The translations under genes were made by a program, and so were the position numbers. Below, in pieces: positions 58,360 to 64,000 of a DNA stretch of 64,000 nt. The notes beneath the pieces were generated by a model, which had not been told where the DNA came from, did no database searches, and saw nothing but the letters and a program-made list of their open reading frames with translations. The stretch covers positions 32,001 through 96,000 of the forward strand of contig JAYZQJ010000128.1 of the NCBI GenBank assembly GCA_036149055.1, read 5' to 3'. Origin of the DNA: Myxococcota bacterium (GTDB taxonomy: Bacteria; Myxococcota_A; Polyangia; Polyangiales; Sandaracinaceae). How positions within the stretch are numbered: position 1 is the stretch's first letter; every line of letters starts with the position of its first letter.

Positions 58360-59028
58360 TCAGGTGGCGACGAGGCCGGGCTCGAAGCGGGGGCGGAGGC
58401 CGTCGGGGGTGCGCGCGGCGGGGTAGACGTCGCGGTCGTCGGCGAAGAACCAGAGGGGCTCGGAGGTCGCGTCGGGGAGGAGCGTGACCGGGCGGTGCGA
58501 GCCGCGCCAGGCCTGGAGCAGGGCGTCGAGGGCGTCGAGGTCCGCGGCGAGGTCGGCGCCCGGGCCGGCGACGAAGCGCTCGCGGTCGACGCGCAGCTCG
58601 GCGGGGAAGCGCCCGAGGAGCGGGTCGAGCTCCATCTGCAGGCAGCGCACCGCCTCGTCCCGGGTGAACGGCGGCAGCTGGCCGGGCAGCTCGGGGAGCA
58701 CGCGGCGCAGGGCGGCCTCGTCGGCGACGAAGACGCCGTGTCGAGCGACGGTCCAGGACGGCCGGTAGAGGGGCCACCGGTCCTCCTCGATCTCCCGGGC
58801 GAGCTCGTCGAGCGGCGGCATGAGCAGGACGAGGTCTCCCGCGCGCCGCGGCGAGACGAAGGCGCCGCCGCAGTCGGGGCTGCCGCACATCTCGCACGCC
58901 TCGAGGTTGACCGGCGGGTCGCTCCAGTCGGAGAGATCGAGCGTCTTGGCCAGCTCGACCCCGTCGGCGTAGAGGCCGTCGCGACCGATCGAGCGACGTC
59001 GGCGGCCGAGCTCCGCGGGCTTCCACAC
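58360..59028 (-). CDS. Hypothetical protein with CxxC-x3-C motif
   Basis: 3' part of ORF 58360..61383; GTG 2 nt after the pssA stop; ACEMCGSPDCGG. Confidence 0.65.
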   Translation of the reverse strand: MWKPAELGRRRRSIGRDGLYADGVELAKTLDLSDWSDPPVNLEACEMCGSPDCGGAFVSPRRAGDLVLLMPPLDELAREIEEDRWPLYRPSWTVARHGVFVADEAALRRVLPELPGQLPPFTRDEAVRCLQMELDPLLGRFPAELRVDRERFVAGPGADLAADLDALDALLQAWRGSHRPVTLLPDATSEPLWFFADDRDVYPAARTPDGLRPRFEPGLVAT

Positions 59029-59030
59029 GG

Positions 59031-59696
59031 CTACGGCTTCGGGATGCGCAGGGTGGCGCTCACCATCGCGGTGCCGCTCAGCGCATACATCAGGACGATG
59101 GGGTGCAGCTGCCAGGGGCCGAGCTGGATTGCGCCGAGCCAGAGGGCGTCGTGCACGGCCGAGGTGCCGAACGCGACGGCCAGCACCGCGACGAGGGCGA
59201 GGCTGGTCGGGATGGGCGTGCCCTCGAAGTGGCTGACCTTGCCCTCGTCGGTCATCAGGTCGTTCGCGGTGACGTTGAAGCGCGCGAGCCGGCTGATGCC
59301 GCAGCCGACGAAGTAGATCAGCACCACCGCGTCCCAGCCCCCGCGCAGGCCGAGCGCGAAGCCGAGCGCGGCGGGGGCGACGCCGAAGGAGACCACGTCG
59401 GCCAGCGAGTCGAGGTCGGCGCCGAAGGGCGAGCTCCGCTTGCGCCACCGGGCGACGCTGCCGTCGAGCACGTCGGCGGCGAGCGAGATCGGGAACAGGC
59501 CCAGGGCGGTCCACATCAGGACCCGGTCGAGCGAGGCGACGTACGCCATGCAGAGCAGCACCGCGCCCATGCCGGCCGCGCCGTTGGTGAGCGTGATGAA
59601 GTCCGCGAGCGAGAAGCTCCGGAGCATGGTGAGGCGCTTTGGCCGCGGCCGGGGCTCGTCCGCTTCGAATCCGTCCTGCTTCATCGTCTCGTCCAT
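59031..59696 (-). CDS. pssA: CDP-diacylglycerol--serine O-phosphatidyltransferase (CDP-alcohol phosphatidyltransferase family)
   Basis: DVLDGSVAR...FGADLDSLADVVSFGVAPA, RLARFN, FEGTPIP, MVS..RIPKP. Confidence 0.88.
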   Translation of the reverse strand: MDETMKQDGFEADEPRPRPKRLTMLRSFSLADFITLTNGAAGMGAVLLCMAYVASLDRVLMWTALGLFPISLAADVLDGSVARWRKRSSPFGADLDSLADVVSFGVAPAALGFALGLRGGWDAVVLIYFVGCGISRLARFNVTANDLMTDEGKVSHFEGTPIPTSLALVAVLAVAFGTSAVHDALWLGAIQLGPWQLHPIVLMYALSGTAMVSATLRIPKP

Positions 59697-59769
59697 GCGG
59701 CCCCGGTCTTGCGCCACGGCCCGCGGCGACCACTTTCCCCGTAGACACGTGTCTCGCGCAAGCAACGCG

Positions 59770-61116
59770 GTGGAGACGGCCCTCTTCGGGCCGGACGACG
59801 AATACCCGCTTCACATCCGATTGGCGCGCCGCACGGCCCGAGTGCTGTGGCTGGCGGGGCGTGGCTTCGTGCGCGACGAGGGGTTCCACCACGCCTCCGC
59901 CCTCGCGTTCGACACCGTGCTGGCTCTGGTGCCGCTGCTGATCATCGTGGCCGGGGTGCTGCGGGCGCTCGGCGCCTGGAACCAGTTCCTCGCCTCGACC
60001 ATCGAGCCCTGGCTCGAGATGACCCTCGGCCAGAGCCCCGAGAACATGGTCACGATGCGCGAGGCCTTCGTGAAGGTCATCGAGCTCGGCGAGAAGGCCG
60101 ACGTGACCGCGCTCGGCTTCATCGGCGTGATCGCCCTCCTCTACCTCGTGCTGATCCTGCTCACGACGGTAGAGACCACCCTCAACCGCATCTGGGGCGC
60201 GCGCCGGCCGCGGAGCCTGGTGCGGCGGGCCGCCGACTACGCGGCCATCCTCTTCGTGATCCCCTTCGGGCTCGTCCTGGCGACCGCGATGGGCGCCGGC
60301 CTCGGCGACTTCGCCTGGCTCGGCGGCTTCCGCGGCTTCGTCCGGGAGGTCGTCGCGATGCTCGCCGTCTCCGGCGTGCTGACCTTCCTCTACCTCGTCA
60401 TGCCGGCGGCCCGCAGCCGCTTCCGCTCGGCCCTGATCGGCGGCCTGGTGGCGGGCGCCTTCTGGCACCTCGGGCTCGAGGCCTACGCCCAGCTCCAGAT
60501 CGGGGTGGCCCGCTACAACGTCATCTACTCCGGCTTCGCCACCCTGCCGCTCTTCCTGGTCTGGATCTTCGTCAGCTGGCTGCTCGTGCTCTTCGGCGCC
60601 GAGCTCGCCGCGGCCCACCAGGACGAGAGCGGCTTCCGGTGGCGGGTGCGCGACGGCGAGGCGAGCGCCCGGACCCGGCATCGCCTCGGGGTGCGCTTCA
60701 CCGCCGAGATCGCCCGGTCGTTCGTCCGGGGAGAGCCGCCCCCCGACGTGCGCCAGCACGCCGAGGAGTCGTCGATCCCGACCCGCCTCGCCGAGGACGT
60801 GCTCGACGACCTCGCCCGGCACGGCATCGTCCTGCGCGCCCACCGCGACGGCGTCCCGACCTACGTGCTCAGCCGCGATCCCCGCACCCTCCGGCTCAGC
60901 GACGTGCTGCTCGCCCTCGACGAGTCCGCCGACCCCTACGAGCTCGGCCACCCCCGGAGCGACGAGGAGGCCAAGCAGCTCGCGGCCCTGGTCGACGACC
61001 TCGAGAAGGCCCCCGAGGGCGCGCCCGCCAACCTCAGCCTCCGCGAGCTCGTCGAGTGGCTCGAGGCCGAGCACATCGAGCCCGAGACCCGCCGCGTCAC
61101 GACGACGCATCATTGA
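59770..61116 (+). CDS. YihY/BrkB-family membrane protein with C-terminal winged-helix (Rrf2-like) domain
   Basis: ASALAFDTVLALVP, LNRIW, YNVIYSGFATLPLFLVWI...LFGAE; C-terminal YVLSRDPRTLRLSDV. Confidence 0.88.
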   Translation: METALFGPDDEYPLHIRLARRTARVLWLAGRGFVRDEGFHHASALAFDTVLALVPLLIIVAGVLRALGAWNQFLASTIEPWLEMTLGQSPENMVTMREAFVKVIELGEKADVTALGFIGVIALLYLVLILLTTVETTLNRIWGARRPRSLVRRAADYAAILFVIPFGLVLATAMGAGLGDFAWLGGFRGFVREVVAMLAVSGVLTFLYLVMPAARSRFRSALIGGLVAGAFWHLGLEAYAQLQIGVARYNVIYSGFATLPLFLVWIFVSWLLVLFGAELAAAHQDESGFRWRVRDGEASARTRHRLGVRFTAEIARSFVRGEPPPDVRQHAEESSIPTRLAEDVLDDLARHGIVLRAHRDGVPTYVLSRDPRTLRLSDVLLALDESADPYELGHPRSDEEAKQLAALVDDLEKAPEGAPANLSLRELVEWLEAEHIEPETRRVTTTHH

Positions 61117-61276
61117 GGCCGGGTCCGGCGGCGACGGAAGAAGCCGATCCAAACAGACGCTTGTGGCCGGGTGCCCCGGGTCTAAGGAGGGGCGTTGGAG
61201 GTGGCGGTTGAGCAGTCCGGACGACACGGCGACGGTGCGACGACACGACGCGGCGGTGCTGAGGAGCGGTGAGCGC

Positions 61277-63181
61277 ATGAAGGACGGCGTGGCTCCGGGC
61301 GGGATGCCCATCGACTTCCAGGCCCTGGTGGAGGGCATCGAGGCCATCACCTGGGAGATGGACACCGACGAGTGGCTCTTCACCTACGTGAGCCCTCAGG
61401 CCGAGGCGATGCTCGGCTACCCCCAGGCGCGCTGGCTCGAGCCGGCCTTCTGGAACGAGGTGCTCGTGCACCCCGACGACGCCGTCTGGGCCGTCGACTT
61501 CTGCGTCGCCGCGACCCAGCGCAACGAGGACCACGAGTTCGAGTACCGCGCCAAGGCCTCGGACGGCCGGACGGTGTGGCTCAAGGACCTGGTCCGAGTG
61601 GTGCCGCGGCCGGGTCGCTCTCCGCTCCTGCGCGGGGTGATGATCGACATCACCGCCGAGAAGCAGGCGCAAGCCGAGGCCGAAGAGCTCCGCCGCGAGC
61701 TGCTCGAGGCCCAGGAGCTGGCCCACATCGGCTCGTGGCAGTGGATCGTGGGTGATGACAAGGTCACCTGGTCGGACGAGCTCTACCGGATCTACGGCCT
61801 CGACCCGAAGGCGTTCGGGGCGAGCTTCGGCGCCTACCTGGAGCGGGTGCACCCGGACGACCGGGAGCGGGTCCAGCAGACCATCGGCGGGCTCGTCCAG
61901 CAGGGCGGCTTCTTCGACTTCGAGGAGCGCATCGTGCGGCCGGATGGCGACGTGCGGCACCTCCGCAGCCGCGGCCAGGCGGTGGTGGAGGCCGGGCGGG
62001 TGGTCCGCCTGGTGGGCAGCTGCCAGGACGTCACCGACCAGAAGGAGTCGGAGGAGCGCAGCCGCAAGCTCCTGGTCGAGAAGTTCGCGCGCAAGCAAGC
62101 CGAGCAGGGGCGGCAGCGCCTGCAGCGCCTCTTCGAGCAGGCCCCCGCGGCCATCGCGGTGGTGACCGGGCCCGACCTGGTCTTCGAGTCGATCAACGAC
62201 GACTACGACGAGCTGCTCGGCGGCCGCGACGTGCTGGGCAAGCCCATGCACGAGGCGCTCCCCGAGGTCGAGAGCCAGGGCTTCATCGAGCTGATGCGCA
62301 ACGTCTACCGCAGCGGCGAGCGCTTCATCGGTGTCGAGACCCCGGCCACCTACCGGCTCGGCGACGGATCCTGGCGCACCGGCTACTTCGACTTCGTCTA
62401 CGAGCCGCTCACCGACGACGACGACCAGGTCTACGGCGTGATGATGCACGCGGTCGACGTCACCGAGAAGGTGGCGGCGCGGCAGGAGCTCGAGCAGCTC
62501 ACGCAGCGCCTCCAGGCGACGAACGAGGAGCTGGAGCAGTTCGCCTACGTGACCTCTCACGACCTCCGGGCGCCGCTCCGAGGGATCGCGAGCCTGGCCA
62601 CCTGGATCGAGGAGGACGTCGGCGACGCCCTGCCCGACCGGAGCCGCGAGCACCTGGAGCTGCTCCGCTCGCGGGTCTCCCGCCTCGAGGGGCTGATCGA
62701 CGGCATCCTCCAGTACTCCCGGGCCGGGCGCCTGCGGGCCGAGCCGGAGACGGTGGACGTGCGCGAGATGGTGGAGGGGATCGTCGACCTCCTCGCGCCG
62801 CCCGAGGGCGTGATCCGGATCGAAGGTGAGCTGCCGGTCGTGCAGGCCGAGCGCGTCCCCTTCCAGCAGGTCCTCCAGAACCTGATCGGCAACGCGCTCA
62901 AGCACGGCGCGAGCGACGACCCGCGGGTGACCATCAGCGCGACCGAGCGCGAGGACGAGCACGAGATCGCCGTCGCCGACAACGGCCCCGGCATCGATCC
63001 CCGGTATCAAGATCGCATCTGGACCATCTTCCAGACGCTCAAGACCCGGGACGAGGTGGAGGGGACGGGCGTCGGTCTCTCGCTCGTGAAGAAGATCGTC
63101 GAGTCGCGCGGCGGCCGAGTGGCTCTAGAATCGCAAGTGGGTCAGGGAGCGTCTTTCTCTTTCACCTGGCCCAAGGGGTGA
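61277..63181 (+). CDS. Multi-PAS sensor histidine kinase (Cph1-like transmitter)
   Basis: Three PAS domains; LEQFAYVTSHDLRAPL, QNLIGNALK, DNGPG, GTGVGL. Confidence 0.93.
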   Translation: MKDGVAPGGMPIDFQALVEGIEAITWEMDTDEWLFTYVSPQAEAMLGYPQARWLEPAFWNEVLVHPDDAVWAVDFCVAATQRNEDHEFEYRAKASDGRTVWLKDLVRVVPRPGRSPLLRGVMIDITAEKQAQAEAEELRRELLEAQELAHIGSWQWIVGDDKVTWSDELYRIYGLDPKAFGASFGAYLERVHPDDRERVQQTIGGLVQQGGFFDFEERIVRPDGDVRHLRSRGQAVVEAGRVVRLVGSCQDVTDQKESEERSRKLLVEKFARKQAEQGRQRLQRLFEQAPAAIAVVTGPDLVFESINDDYDELLGGRDVLGKPMHEALPEVESQGFIELMRNVYRSGERFIGVETPATYRLGDGSWRTGYFDFVYEPLTDDDDQVYGVMMHAVDVTEKVAARQELEQLTQRLQATNEELEQFAYVTSHDLRAPLRGIASLATWIEEDVGDALPDRSREHLELLRSRVSRLEGLIDGILQYSRAGRLRAEPETVDVREMVEGIVDLLAPPEGVIRIEGELPVVQAERVPFQQVLQNLIGNALKHGASDDPRVTISATEREDEHEIAVADNGPGIDPRYQDRIWTIFQTLKTRDEVEGTGVGLSLVKKIVESRGGRVALESQVGQGASFSFTWPKG

Positions 63182-63185
63182 CCGC

Positions 63186-63599
63186 GTGGACAAGCAGCTG
63201 AAGATCCTCCTCGTCGAAGACGACGAGGTGGACGTGATGAACGTGAAGCGCGCCTTCGACAAGGCGCGCATCCAGAACCCGCTGCACGTCGCCAAGGACG
63301 GCGTGGAGGCGCTCGAGCTCCTCAAGGACGACGGGTTCTCCAAGGAGCGGCTCCTCCTCCTGCTGGACATCAACATGCCGCGCATGAACGGCATCGAGCT
63401 GCTCCGCGAGATCCGCAAGAACGAGAAGCTCCACTCGCTCCCGGTGGTGGTCCTGACGACCTCCGACGACGAGCGGGACAAGTTCGACGCCTACGACCTC
63501 AACGTCGCCGGCTACCTCCTCAAGCCCGTCACCTTCCCCAAGTTCGTCGAGATCCTCGACGTGCTCAACCGGTACTGGACCCTGGTGGAGTGGCCCTGA
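63186..63599 (+). CDS. Single-domain response regulator (Rcp1-like)
   Basis: ILLVEDDEVD, LLDINMPRMNG, VVVLTTS, GYLLKP, RYW. Confidence 0.93.
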   Translation: MDKQLKILLVEDDEVDVMNVKRAFDKARIQNPLHVAKDGVEALELLKDDGFSKERLLLLLDINMPRMNGIELLREIRKNEKLHSLPVVVLTTSDDERDKFDAYDLNVAGYLLKPVTFPKFVEILDVLNRYWTLVEWP

Positions 63600-64000
63600 T
63601 CATCCCAGAGCGGTCCCTTCGGGTGCTGATCGTCGACGACGATCGGGTGGATCGGCTGTGGGCGCGGCGCGCCCTGGAGTCGCTCTGCGAGCCCGACGGG
63701 ATCGGCGAGGCGGCCGACGCCGCCGAGGCCGAGCTGCTGCTCGGGACCTCGAGCTGGGACTGCGCGCTCATCGATCACCAGCTCGGCGCCGACACCGGCC
63801 TCGAGCTCACCCAGCGCCTGCGCGCCGCCGGCCTGCGGACCCCGGTGGTGATGTTCACCGGCCACGGCGACGAGCAGGTCGCGGTGGCGGTGATGAAGGC
63901 GGGCGCCAGCGACTACCTCTCCAAGAACGAGCGCACGCCCGAGGGGGTGCGGCGCGCCATCCGCAACGCGGTGGAGCTCGCGCGCTCGGCCGCCGAGCGA
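63590..64000 (+). CDS. Receiver-domain protein, partial (continues beyond window)
   Basis: Manual translation from GTG: RVLIVDDDRVD...ALIDHQLG...MFTGHGDEQVAVAVMKAGASDYLSK; open to the window end. Confidence 0.85.
   Translation, partial: MALIIPERSLRVLIVDDDRVDRLWARRALESLCEPDGIGEAADAAEAELLLGTSSWDCALIDHQLGADTGLELTQRLRAAGLRTPVVMFTGHGDEQVAVAVMKAGASDYLSKNERTPEGVRRAIRNAVELARSAAER

Noticed and set aside
61277..63599. Bacteriophytochrome light sensor
   Set aside because: Cph1/Rcp1-like transmitter and receiver, but only PAS domains; no GAF/PHY or LOV Cys motif seen.

Overview
Very GC-rich, gene-dense bacterial DNA. Many Cys-rich lipoproteins with DAG/DSG linkers, a membrane Ser/Thr kinase and several two-component systems point to Myxococcota (Polyangia/Sandaracinaceae-like); this is an inference. 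About 53 genes are supportable, and most other ORFs in the track are GC-driven shadow frames. Recognisable functions are pdxR-pdxS-pdxT (PLP synthesis), ampG plus a serine hydrolase, pssA, an RstAB-like system, a BacNav-type channel (filter TLEDWTD), a flavin-dependent halogenase-like gene, two radical SAM enzymes, two CehA/McbA-type PHP lipoproteins, a heme-c/copper monooxygenase-like lipoprotein, a 2409-aa transglutaminase-like lipoprotein and a divergent HUH (RAYT-like) transposase. The best candidate for an undescribed system is the minus-strand operon at <1-8066. It encodes a Cys/Gly-rich surface lipoprotein with a Ser-substituted papain-like domain, a lipoprotein with a C-type lectin domain inserted in an amphipathic beta-sheet region, and a translationally coupled beta-sheet + HEAT-like protein. 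The last two may form a split vitellogenin/MTP-like lipid-transfer module, which is a hypothesis from motif resemblance only. Also found: a GTAG-hairpin REP/MITE-like family (2 copies), tandem duplications of gene-end GTGA junctions, and a 50-aa CxxC-CxxC ORF missed by the ORF track. No rRNA, tRNA or CRISPR array was seen. All family assignments are by eye; no searches were run.
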